A DNA stretch of 64,000 bases from Podarcis bocagei (taxonomy: Eukaryota): the NCBI GenBank assembly GCA_964188305.1, contig OZ076896.1; one strand, given 5' to 3'. This document shows positions 40,985 to 52,708 of this stretch, piece by piece. The notes below the pieces were generated by a model. It was not told where the DNA came from. It worked only from the letters and a program-made list of their open reading frames with translations, and ran no database searches. How positions within the stretch are numbered: position 1 is the first letter of the stretch; every line of letters starts with the position of its first letter. Position numbers and translations under genes: made by a program.

Positions 40985-41195
40985 ATCATAGAATTGTAGA
41001 GTTGGAAGGGATCTCAAATGAAGTTCGTGGCAGATGGCCACCCAACCTCCTGAGGTAGGGCATTCCGTATCAAACAGCTCTTACTGCCAGAAAGTTATTC
41101 CTAACATTTAGTCAGAATCTCCTTTCTTGTCATTTGAATCTGTTAGTTTGGGTCCTACCCCACCCCCACCCCCAAGCAGCAGAAAACAAACTTCC
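40985..41195 (-). mobile_element. CR1 3' end fragment, degraded
   Basis: tcatagaattgtagagttggaaggga..aacagctcttactg..gaaagtt..cctaa..gcagcagaaaacaa. Confidence 0.72.
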
Positions 41196-42049
41196 CAAGT
41201 GCTTTAAAATGGCTCACCTTCTTTACTATTTGGCACTCTGCCACTTGGGAACTGTAGCGCAGGAGCTAAGCATGGAAGGCCACACATTGGGTAAGTGACT
41301 GTATGACACTCTCTTTCCTTCCTCCTATGTTGGACATCATATTGCTCTGCCATAGGATTGGCTGTTGGCCCATGCTCCATACTGACATCCAGGAAGCCCC
41401 TTGTGGAACAGGAAGTGCCAGCAGCAGCAGTATTGGTCACGGCAGGGACACTGGGAGGGGCACTGGGAACGGTGCAGCCAGATCATTCCTCACTTGGGCT
41501 TCGTTGTCGCATTGGTTGCGATGCCATTTTTAAAAGTGATGGATTTGTTTAGTAATATTTTTCCCCCATTGGTTGATTGTTCCGTAGTTCATGAAGCAAG
41601 GGTTGGTTTGTTTTCCCCAAATGGCCAAATGTTGTTTTTTTGTTTTCTCAGCTGCCAGACTTACTTTTGCAAAGGTCACATTTGAATGATGCATGCCCAG
41701 TCCTTGGGGCATATGTGAGGAGCGATGTTATTGTTCTATACATTACATAAACCACTTTTAAAAGTTCAAGTCAATTCCAGCCATGAACAAACACGTGCAA
41801 ATCATCTGCCAAGCTTGTACCAGCCTTTTGCAGCTCCTACTCTGAGGAGATCATGCAGATGCACAATAAGCACATAAACTCAAAGTAGGGTACAATTTAA
41901 CCTCCACGCAGAAGAACCTTTGGAAGGTAGGGGCAATCACCAGAAATACATCCTGAATTGATCAAAGTTTTAGATGTGAGTAACATATTTCACACAGTGG
42001 TCAACAAGATGTCCACAAGTGGGGCACACATTTCTACAACTATCTGCAA

Positions 42050-42468
42050 TTAGCATTCAAGTCTGAATGAAAAGTCATCAGCATTTTAGTATGAATTTCT
42101 CCTAATATACACACTTTTATATGCAATTTTGTCTGACATGTCCCCCCCTCTATAAATATATTCCATTTTTGCATGTTATTTTCACTAATACATGAATTTT
42201 TTTATTCTGCTTAGCGAATAAAGCACTGCTGGGCCGCTGCCACCAGAGCTATACTTGGAACCCCTAATACATGCATTTTTTCTCACACTTTACTCTAGTA
42301 TATGGATTGCTGTCCACATTACTCAGCTGGAGAACTTGATTGTGAAGTTCAGAACTGAACATATTGAAGGTTGACTGTGTTTCAGAACGTGCACTGTTTT
42401 GGAAAAATGTGAATTTGGTTGGTTCACCTTTAAATGCAAACAGAATCAAATTTCTCCTCCATCCCTAA
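42050..42468. mobile_element. Old AT-rich non-autonomous element (same family), with a small internal insert
   Basis: ttcacctttaaatgcaaacagaatcaaatttctcctccatcccta end. Confidence 0.55.
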
Positions 42469-42554
42469 GCACAGCCTTCACCAGCCTGCTAATCTCCAGA
42501 TGTTTTAGACTACAACTCCCATCACCACCAGCAAACTCTTTAGCATTTCCTCAC

Positions 42555-42975
42555 CGGGGAGGTACGTTTCCGAGCACAATTCAAAGTGTTGGTGCTGACC
42601 TTTAAAGCCCTAAACGGCCTCGGTCCAGTATATCTGAAGGAGCGTCTCCTCCCCCATCGTTCTGCCCAGACACTGAGGTCCAGATCTGAGGGCCTTCTGG
42701 CGGTTCCCTCACTGCGAGAGGCCAAGTTACAGGGAACCAGGCAGAGGGCCTTCTCGATAGTGGCGCCCGCCCTGTGGAACGCCCTCCCATCAGATGTCAA
42801 AGCGATAAACAACTACCTGACATTCAGAAGACATCTGAAGGCAGCCCTGTTCAGGGAAGTTTTTAATATGTGACATTTTAGTGTATTTTTCATCTTTGTT
42901 GGAAGCCGCCCAGAGTGGCTGGGGAAACCCAGCCAGATGGGCGGGGTACAAATAATAAATTTAATAATAATAATA

Positions 42976-43024
<49 letters not shown>
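42555..43024 (+). mobile_element. L2-type LINE 3' end, young, with (TAA)/(TTA)n tail
   Basis: ORF C-terminus FKVLVLTFKALNGLGPVYLKERL..LRS..RAFSIVAPALWNALP..F+RHLK is typical of L2; followed by a 3' UTR and microsatellite tail. Confidence 0.88.
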
Positions 43025-43025
<1 letters not shown>

Positions 43026-44757
43026 TTCTAACCCTTAACCATTTGGTTTCCAAGTTTGTGCACCTGCAGGACTATTTATCACCTATGGTACACTGCGATC
43101 AAGCTTTCCTCACCCTAACCTAGCCATTACTTCTCAAGTGATATGGCAAAAAGGAGGGAGGGAGGCAACAAGAGTGAGAAAGCTGGGATCTTATCAAATG
43201 TTATCATAAGGCCAGTCAAACACTACAAAATCGTCTTTTTAAATTTTAGCTGCATCTGAACTTAACATGTATTTAGCTTTAGCTAAATCATATTATCCTG
43301 AAGGTGCAACCACAATCTCATACTGTAGGTGTACAAACACCTGCCTCCTTTTAATAGAAGTGCTTTGGGATACAATTCACAGTTCTGTGCAATAAAAAAA
43401 GAAAAAAGAAAACAAGAAGCCCTGAAAGATGAATCTCCATAACATACATCTAATTTATTCTACTACCTATGTGATGATGCATTAGCCTCTAATATAGGCT
43501 GTTCCTGTGATTATTTTACAGCAGATGATATTACAATAAGTGCTTAGCCCTTGCAACAGACATTGCAGAAGTCAATAAATAAAATAATTATGCCCGGTTT
43601 TTTTTATTTTGCTAAGATTTCTGAATACATTCTTTAATTAAGAAGGGAATAACAAGCACAGATGCAATAGCACAATCGGAGATGAGCTTTTGATCACCAA
43701 TATAGGCAGCTTCTCAATGAATAACTAGAACAAATTCAAAGACAGAGAAAGAAAGAACCCACAATTGGTCACAAACCAATAGGATGGCATGGAACAGTTA
43801 TGCCAATGGACTCCAGCCATTGTGTGACTCTAGAATTATACATTCACCATTAAATATGAGGGTATTTATCATATAATGTATGGTGTGCGCTTGAACACAC
43901 ACACACAACCAGTATTAAATATTTAAAAGGACCTATTGGGTCTTAACGTTTACAACCATATTGATTGTTTATTTTAAATTATGGCCCTTTAAAACTGAGC
44001 AATGGCTTTAAATAAGAAGCTGTTTAAAACAATATATCTAATTAGAGAGGCACCACTCTAAAGATTGCTTTCTCTCCGCAGTTTGTAAGGATTAAATATC
44101 CAAGCCTAAATTCTTTATTGCTGATTTCTAATATTAAACTGGTGACACATAAGCAGTGCTGATTGCAATATAAAGAATTATTCTCTTGGGCCCTACTTGT
44201 ATTCATTCTCATTCTACACTTTAAAAACCCATTCATCAATTACTCTGCAGTGGCACCGGAGCTTAGCATGCACATATTATCTTCTCTCATATTCCAATGC
44301 AGTCTTCTGAAGAGAGATGGAAAGGCGGCTGGTCGGGTGGGGCGGGGGAGGGAAGATGAGGCAGGATGCAAATGTGGGTTTTTGTGTGCTGATGCACACA
44401 TTCCGATCTGATTGTATGTGCAGAGACTTCACTGCTCACAGCAGTGCAGGGAGCGTTTTCCACATACGGTGGGTCTAATCACCTCCATGCATGTTCTTAA
44501 ACAGAAACACCCTCTCCTTGCATTTAGTGCCTTGAGCCAAGCTCTAGTCTTATAAGCAGCTAGGTGAGCACTGGAGGAGGCGAAAACCTTTTGATATGCA
44601 GCAGAAGTGAGTTGCTGCATAATATAAAATGATGGTACTATTAATCCTATAGCACTGGTGAGATACCCAGCCCCCCTTTGCTACTGATATCCAAACCATT
44701 GTCTCAGGCTTTAAGCTTCATCAGTATGCAAACCGAGTGTCAGTATGATGGGTGGTA

Positions 44758-44897
44758 NNNNNNNNNNNNNNNNNNNNNNNNNNNNNNNNNNNNNNNNNNN
44801 NNNNNNNNNNNNNNNNNNNNNNNNNNNNNNNNNNNNNNNNNNNNNNNNNNNNNNNNNNNNNNNNNNNNNNNNNNNNNNNNNNNNNNNNNNNNNNNNN
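44758..44897. other. Assembly gap (140 N)
   Basis: Run of N. Confidence 0.99.
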
Positions 44898-44942
44898 ATG
44901 TTCATAGGCCATCATCGACACAGTGCTGATGAAATGGTCATG

Positions 44943-45122
44943 NNNNNNNNNNNNNNNNNNNNNNNNNNNNNNNNNNNNNNNNNNNNNNNNNNNNNNNNNN
45001 NNNNNNNNNNNNNNNNNNNNNNNNNNNNNNNNNNNNNNNNNNNNNNNNNNNNNNNNNNNNNNNNNNNNNNNNNNNNNNNNNNNNNNNNNNNNNNNNNNNN
45101 NNNNNNNNNNNNNNNNNNNNNN
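44943..45122. other. Assembly gap (180 N)
   Basis: Run of N; a 45-nt island (44898-44942) lies between the two gaps. Confidence 0.99.
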
Positions 45123-46696
45123 AGGCCTTCAGAGGTCTGCCAAAAGCAGCAGCAAAAAAAATTAAAATGGGGTGCGGAGGGAAGGAAGGAAGGAAACGAA
45201 TTATTTGTGCGCTCTGAAACAATCCTAGTAATAATAACCATGATAATAAATAATACTAATAGTTTTAATATTATCAGCTGGCTTAGATACCTTTCCCAGA
45301 CTCCCATATAACTTAAGAATAGTTACTGCATGGTGAAGCTGAGTGGGTCACGGATGTGGCAAAAATGCAAAGTTTCTAGAGGGGTAACTTACACAGGGGC
45401 AGTCTCAAGAAAAAAAATAATTCAAAAAATTAAATATTAAAATTCACAAGGGGAAATAAACTGTCAGAGTGGGTAAAATCAATATCGTTTTAAAGAGGAT
45501 TATTCATGAGAATTGGAGGGGGAGGAGAGAAGAAAGACGAGCGTCCTTTGTTTCTTTGTTATAAAATCATTTTACTGATTAAAATTCATCTGTGTGAGAG
45601 CTCTCCTTAGTAAAAAGCAGGCCATCCTTATAGGTTTACTATTGATCTCTAAACAGCTAAAGGATGGGATGCAGGCAGCTCTTATCAAACGAAGCAAAGC
45701 AGAGCATTTGCACTTTTAGCATATTAGTTCAATTCTGCCCCAAATATCTTAAAAGCTAATTGTCTTGGACTCTGAAGGAAGACCTTGTCTTTTCTGCTGC
45801 CCCACCTGTCTTGACTGTGAACATTTTTTGACTACCGTTTTGTTTTGGGTTGGTTTTTTGCTTGTCCCCCCCCTCCCCCTTTGAGGAGGCAGGAAGTTCT
45901 TTACAATTTGCGGCAAGGAGGTTTCACATTCCTTCATCGTATTCCAAATCAAGCCCCCTGCCTCCCAAACACATGCCCACATATTCTGTGTGTGAATCCC
46001 TCTCCTTCCTCCCCCCCCTATCTCCACCCCCACCTTTAAATGGTATGTACCATGCTACAGGGGCCTACCAAACATCAGACAGTCTTTATCAGCAGTTGTG
46101 CCAGGGTCTCCATGGCAACAGTATAATAGATTTGCCCTTATTCAATCCCAGAGGCCACATTGAAGCGCAATGCAAAATTTGCTGGAGCCTGAATTCCTTT
46201 CAAGTCATGGCTCATGTGTCAGGAAACAAGTCAATGCACAGACAGCAGTAAACATAAAGATGGAAAGGAACCTTTACTCTCCAGTGCTGTTTGCTTACAG
46301 TGACATTCAAAAACTGAGGCCCCCTTCTAGATCTCATTTTTGTCTCGTTTTCTAGTTATTAATTCACTTCTTTGGGTAAGGGGAGGTGGGGGTGGGGAAA
46401 ATGCCAGGATTTGCAGAAATAAACTGCCACAGAAAGTGCAAAGCAAGCTGTATGGAAGAGAAGAGTGTGCATTTTCTTAGACTTCCAAGGTTATTGAATT
46501 CAAAATGGCTGAGATCCACCATAGCAAACTATATATCCCAGTGCTTGTTAGGAAGCAGACAATGCTCTGGAATTCCTGCAACAACGAACAACAATAGCAA
46601 AACACACAACGAAAAGACGGTCAGCAACTAAAAGTGCATTAAAAAAAAATGCACACTCTCCTGGTCTGTTTTTTGGTGGCACAAGAAGAATCTACA

Positions 46697-46699
<3 letters not shown>

Positions 46700-46738
<39 letters not shown>
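46700..46738. repeat. (TG)n microsatellite
   Basis: Seen directly. Confidence 0.96.
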
Positions 46739-46742
<4 letters not shown>

Positions 46743-47056
46743 TTGTGTGCATCCCATGAAAAATGGACCATATAAATGGCCTTCCTGCAGAAGACCACGA
46801 GGGATGGAGACTAAACCTCATCCACTGTGTTTTTTTCAGAATAAGCCTGGAAACAGGCACAAGCCTAACAGGTTAAATGATAACATCTTTAGAGTTTTGC
46901 TTTAATCATAGCTGGAGGATGATGGAATGACTGTGTACTTTGTTAGCTGATTTTCTCCACTTTTCCAAACTGGTATGCTCAAAATCCATGGTGCACAACT
47001 CAAATTACTCCAAGAACCCTTTTACCCTTTTTTGTACCAACAAACTGAAGAGGGCT

Positions 47057-48839
47057 AGTTTTTAAGATGCTGTCTAGGTTTGTCATTTTTTCTCCCAAGA
47101 AGCAGGCGTCTTTTAATTTCGTGACTGCTGTCACCATCTGCAGTGATCATGGAGCCCAAGAAAGTAAAATCTCTCACTGCCTCCATTTCTTCCCCTTCTA
47201 TTTGCCAGGAGGTGATGGGACCAGTGGCCATGATCTTCATTTTTTTGATGTTGAGCTTCAGACCATATTTTGCGCTCTCCTCTTTCACTCTCAATAAAAG
47301 GTTCTTTAATTCCTCCTCACTTTCTGCCATCAAGGTTGTGTCATCTGCATATCTGAGGTTGTTGATATTTCTTCCGGCAATCTTAATTCCAGTTTGGGAT
47401 TCATCCAGCCCAGCCTTTCGCATGATGAATTCTGCATATAAGTTAAATAAAGAGGTAGACAAGATACAGCCTTGTCGTACTTCTTTCCTAATTTTGAACC
47501 AATCAGTTGTTCCATATCCAGTTCTAACTGTAGCTTCTTGTCCCACATAGAGATTTCCCAGGAGGCAGATGAGGTGATCAGGCACTCCCATTTCTTTAAG
47601 AACTTGCCATAATTTGCTGTGGTCAACACAGTCAAAGGCTTTTGCATAGTCAATGAAGAAGAAGTAAATGTTTTTCTGGAGCTCTCTAGCTTTCTCCATA
47701 ACCCAGCGCATGCTTGCAATTTGGTCTCTGGTTCCTCTGCCCCTTTGAAATCCAGCTTGCACTTCTGGGAGTTCTCAGTCCACATACTGCTTAAGCCTGC
47801 CTTGTAGAATTTTAAGCATAACCTTGCTAGCGTGTGAAATGAGTGCAACTGTGCGGGAGTTGGAGCATTCTTTGGCACTGCCCTTCTTTGGGATTGGGAT
47901 GTAGACTGATCTTCTCCAGTCCTCTGGCCACTGCTGAGTTTTACAAACTTGCTGGCATATTGAGTGTAGCATCTTAACAGCATCATCTTTTAAAATTTTA
48001 AATAGTTCAGCTGGAATATCATCACTTCCACTGGCCTTGTTATTAGCAGTGCTTTCTAAGACCCATTTGACTTCACTCTCCAGGATGTCTAGCTCAAGGT
48101 CAGCAACCACACTGCCTGGGGTGTATGAGACATCCATATCTTTCTGGTATAATTCCTCTGTGTATTCTTGCCACCTCTTCTTGATGTCTTCTGCTTCTGT
48201 TAGGTTCTTACCACTTTTGTCCTTTATTATGGTAATCTTTGTATGGAATGTTCCTTTCATATCTCCAATTTTCTTGAACAGATCTCTGGTTTTTCCCATT
48301 CTATTGTTTTCCTCTATTTCTTTGCATTGCCCATTTAAGAAGGCCCTCTTGTCTCTCCTTGCTATTTTTTGGAAATCTGCATTCAATCTCTTGTATCTTT
48401 CACTATCTCCCTCCATCCATAGTTCTTCAGGCACTCTGTCCACCAAATCTAAATCCTTAAACCTGTTCCTCACTTCCACTGTGTATTCATAAGGAATTTG
48501 ATTTAGATTGTATCTTACTGGCCCAGTGGTTTTTCCTACTTTCTTCAGTTTAAGCTTGAATTTTGCTACAATAAGCTGATGATCTGAGCCACAGTCAGCT
48601 CCAGGTCTTGTTTTTGCTGACTGTATAGAGCTTCTCCATCTTTGGCTGCAGAGAATATAATCAGTCTGATTTCGATGCTGCCCATCTGGTGATGTCCATG
48701 TGTAGAGTCGTCTCTTGTGTTGTTGGAAAAGAGTGTTTGTGATGACCAGATTGTTGAACTCTATTAGCCTTTGCCCTCCTTCATTTTGAACTCCAAGGCC
48801 AAACTTGCCTGTTGTTCCTTTTATCTCTTGACTTCCTGC
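47057..48839 (-). mobile_element. Bov-B (RTE) LINE internal fragment: endonuclease end plus reverse transcriptase, pseudogenised
   Basis: ORFs contain WPEDWRRSVYIPIPKKG, ISHASKVMLKIL, QAGF, FIDYAKAFDCVDH, VRQGCILS, LRYADDTTL. One in-frame TGA (47775-77) separates the two ORFs. Both ends are missing. Confidence 0.95.
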
Positions 48840-48841
48840 TA

Positions 48842-49083
48842 CAGTGGTACCTCGGGTTACATACGCTTTAGGTTACATACGCTTCAGGTTACAGACTCCG
48901 CTAACCCAGAAATAGTACCTCGGGTTAAGAACTTTGCTTCAGGATGAGAACAGCAATCATGCACCGGCGACGCGGCAGCAGCGGGAGGCCCCATTAGCTA
49001 AAGTGGTGCTTCAGGTTAAGAACAGTTTCAGGTTAAAAACAGACCTCCGGAACAAATTAAGTACTTAACCCGAGGTACCACTG
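48842..49083. mobile_element. Tigger/pogo-like MITE, family A copy 3 (opposite orientation)
   Basis: TIR cagtggtacctcgggtta / taacccgaggtaccactg; TA TSD. Confidence 0.93.
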
Positions 49084-49176
49084 TATACTTCTCTTAATTT
49101 TATGGTGCGGTTATCCAGCTACATAAGCATATAGTAAAGGATGCATAAAAACCCATATATCAGTGAATATAACATA

Positions 49177-49738
49177 CCAGTGGTTCCCCATTTACGTGGA
49201 AGTTACATTCCAAACACCCGCGCACATACGTGAAATTGTGTAAATTAGGGAATAACCTATATCAGCTCAGCTGACACGTGGGGGAGAACCTTCCCCACCC
49301 ATCATCTATGTGAGACCCGCTCTATTTCTCAGCTCTTGTGCCCAAGCTGGGAGGACAGCACGACTCTCATACAACTGGTAGGTGTGGAATGTTCTTCCCT
49401 GCCCATCAGCTGTGCCAGTCCATGGAGCCACACTGTCCCTCCAGCTCATGTGTGTGAGCCGAGGGACAGAGCAGCTCTCACACAGTTGACGGTCAATGAA
49501 GCTGCTGCTGCTGCGCTACCCCGTATTTCAGCTATAGGTGGGGAAGCCTCCTGCGTGTGAGGAGACCTTCCCCAGACCCTGAAGAGAGTGTCCTCTTTGG
49601 GCTCTGGGAAGGGTCTCCTCATGAGCCAGGAGGATCTGGGATCCTGACTTTGTGTGTGTGTAAGGATCTGGGATCCTGACTGTGTGTGTGTGTGTAAGTT
49701 GAGCTCAAATAGAGCACATGTAAATGGGGTGTTGCCTG
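49177..49738. mobile_element. Older Tigger-like non-autonomous element nested in the AT-rich repeat
   Basis: Degenerate TIR cagtggttccccatttac / gtaaatggggtgttgcctg; TA flanks; both flanks resemble the inverted AT-rich family. Confidence 0.55.
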
Positions 49739-50332
49739 TATGCCAATGCATTACATTAGGAGAAATTGCTTGCAAAAATTAAGCAAAATTGAATACAAAA
49801 ATGTACATATTTAAGAGAAACACACGCTGAAAAGCTGATAAATTATTATCAATTAAACTTATAAACCACTTTTTTACAAAGGTAACTCAAAGAGACTTAT
49901 AACAATAATCGTAAGCGATTTACAACAGTAAATTTTTATGAGTTTTTGCTAATATTCCACACTTGTTCAGGAGGAATTTGAAGAGGGTTTATTATTATTA
50001 TTATTATTATTAATTGCTCAGGCCTTCGGTCATTTTAATTATTGCACACTGGCTAGTGTTTTATCTGGTTTCATGTTGTTAAGGGCCCTGGGCGCCTTCA
50101 GAAAGAAAGATGTACAGTTAAGTAATAAATATATGACCTGCCATTTTGAATCCCCCCAGAGGGTGGCAAACTGTCAAAGGGAGTGCCGCACCTGGCTTGA
50201 AGGGCTTAGGCTGCCTAGACCTGTTTCATGCATTGTTATGTGTAATTAACCATATTGTTACATATAGCCTAGTTATACCAAGGGCTTGAGTCAAGGAGGT
50301 GCATGTGCTAGTGCAAAACACTTCTACATCCT

Positions 50333-50488
50333 GGGAGGATAGCTTAGTAGTTGGTAGAGCATGAGGCTCTTAATCTCAGGGACGTGGGTTCAAGCCCCAC
50401 GTTAGACAAAAGATTTCTGCATTGCAGGTGATTGGACTCGATGACCCTCATGGTCCCTTCCAATGCCACAATTCTATGGTTCTATGGT
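50333..50488 (+). mobile_element. tRNA-Lys(CUU)-derived SINE with CR1 3' tail
   Basis: tagcttag..ggtagagcatgaggctcttaatctcagggacgtgggttcaagccccacgtt closely follows tRNA-Lys(CUU). Then aagatttctgcattgcagg..ttggactcgatgaccc..gtcccttcca..attctatggttctatg, a CR1 tail. Confidence 0.8.
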
Positions 50489-50735
50489 TCGACATATGAG
50501 ATGTGTTTGCTGGTTTCCCCCTGCTGGGCAGCAGGCCACCCCCTATCTAATAGAATAGAAGGGTTTTTTTTGGGGGGGGAGGTTCCTCCTGATTGTTGGG
50601 GTAATTTTTTTGGGGGGGGGGTTGCTGCTTGGAGAAGGGAGCTAAGCAACCCACAAGTAAAGATTACACACAGCCCTTTGGATTTAGCAAAATAATAATT
50701 GTATCCATATATAGTTTACATTAATTTAAACGGTA

Positions 50736-50977
50736 CAGTGGTATCTCGGGTTACAAACACCTCGGGTTACAAACTCTTCAGGTTACAGACTCTGCTAACC
50801 TGGAAGTAGTACCTCGGGTTAAGAACTTTACTTCAGGATGAGAACAGAAATCGCACGGCAGTGGCACAGTGGCAGCGGGAGGCCCCATTAGCTAAAGTGG
50901 TACCTCAGGTTAAGAACGGATTCAGGTTAAGAATGGACCTCCAGAACGAATTAAGTTTGTAACCAGAGGTACCACTG
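50736..50977. mobile_element. Tigger/pogo-like MITE, family A copy 4
   Basis: TIR cagtggtatctcgggttaca / tgtaaccagaggtaccactg; TA TSD. Confidence 0.92.
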
Positions 50978-51362
50978 TAGTGGGTAATTATTGTATAAAT
51001 TGCATTCTCTCTCTTCCCTCCCCCTTTCTTTTTCACCAATCAACATGCAGCCAGTCTTCATAAAAGTTAAATAATGCTATGTGTAAGTTATAGATTGGAA
51101 GCAGGTGCCAGATGACAGGACAGCATTAATATGAATCATTGCAGTTATCTCTGAGATCCAAACACATGCATAAAGAATGTCCCTTGATCAGGTTTTAAAA
51201 TAGACCTTTTTTAACCATATGAAATGTACCATGCCATTGAAAATAATGTCATTCCAAATTAATGCATGCTTAATGCTTTTAAAATAAATGCCATTTGAGC
51301 AGATAGCAGAGTTTAGACAAAAAGAGAGCAAAGAAGAAAGGAAAGGAAAGGAGAGAGAGATG

Positions 51363-51364
<2 letters not shown>

Positions 51365-51423
<59 letters not shown>
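51365..51423. repeat. (GA)n microsatellite
   Basis: Seen directly. Confidence 0.96.
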
Positions 51424-51426
<3 letters not shown>

Positions 51427-51856
51427 AATATGAGGGCCAAAACCATTGGGTAGTCTAACCCACACATCACCTAGTATAGTGCCCAAATGCTCTATATTTC
51501 TAAACTGTTTTTATGCATTGCATTGTCTTTAAAACATCACAATAGTCTTGTGGGGAAACAGTTCGTCATAATAAATTAAATTTACTACTCACCCACTACA
51601 GAAACCTAGCCTACCGATTCTAAGCATTCTATTAGGGTTAAGGGACAAATTTGGTTCCGTTTGAACTTAAAGGCAAATCTAAATAATTTGCATTTTCAGT
51701 AACAGTACATGAACTGAAACACATCCAGCCTTCAAATTCTGCACTTCTCTGAATTTTTCAATGCCAGTTCTTCAGCCAGTGTACAAGATGCATATAGGAC
51801 AAAATGTGCGTAGAAATGCATATATTAGTGAAAAGAATGTGTAGCAATCCAGTTGT

Positions 51857-52708
51857 TGCATGGACAGGTGGAGTCCCCCCAACCTCAGGCGATCCCCAAA
51901 TGGAATAATGACTCAAGACAGCATGCTATGGAATTAAAATTGGCCACAACTTTATTAGGTTTCAGATGTAGGGAGACCTTGGCTCAGGTATTGGGCATTT
52001 ATCCTTCCCAGTCCCCAGCTGGGGATCTGGGAGACATCAGGGTTATCCAGAATGTGTGGGGATTGGGCTGGCTCTGGAGAACATATGTTCAAGCAGAGAG
52101 CCTGCCCCCCGTTTCGCCGCCATTGGAGGGGAGAGCAATGACAACCTCTCAGCGTATGGCCAGTGCCTCCCCAGGGAAATCCTGGGATCACCGCCGCAAG
52201 GGGGGGCGTGGGTCACCACTTCAGCCCCCCCCCCCATTTAGGAGATAGACTAAAGGATTCCGCCCATGGCCTGAAACCACCAAAGTTGTGATGTTTTGCT
52301 ACAGGAAAGGCAAAACCTGCCAATGCAGGAAAATTCCTTTCCAGCCCTTCAACAGCGACCCTGATGTAGCAGCACCTACGTGGAGCACCTGTGGAGAAGA
52401 GGTTAACCTGCAAAAGAAGACTTAACTGAGAGAAGGCAGAGTGGGAGAAGCTCTGAAGCCAACTGACACTTCACAGGTAAGATTCACCTTCTGTTATGCG
52501 GGCAGGGCCGTCCCTCCCCTTACCTGGCCGATGCCCTGAAAACGCCTCCCCAGGCAGGATTGGGTGATTGGCTGAGGTAGGCGGAGACCTCCAGGTATCC
52601 AGTCTGGGGAGGATGAAGCCAGCCCAAATTACCAGGCGCCGCACTGGGATCCGGGGGGCTGCGCACGACCACACAAAAGGCGCCCCCAGTTGATGTGGGG
52701 AGCGGTCA
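51857..52708 (-). mobile_element. Probable solo LTR (852 bp)
   Basis: TG...CA termini with 4-bp TSD ttgt (51853-56, 52709-12). GC/CpG-rich block in an AT-rich background. Minus-strand AATAAA at 51951-56, a GATAAAT TATA-like motif just upstream, and several CCAAT boxes. Confidence 0.65.

Noticed and set aside
44678-45311. ORFs spanning the N runs
   Set aside because: Artefacts of translating N.
50333-50410. Functional tRNA-Lys gene
   Set aside because: Acceptor stem and D-arm are altered, and it is fused to a CR1 tail rather than followed by a T-run terminator; it is a SINE head.
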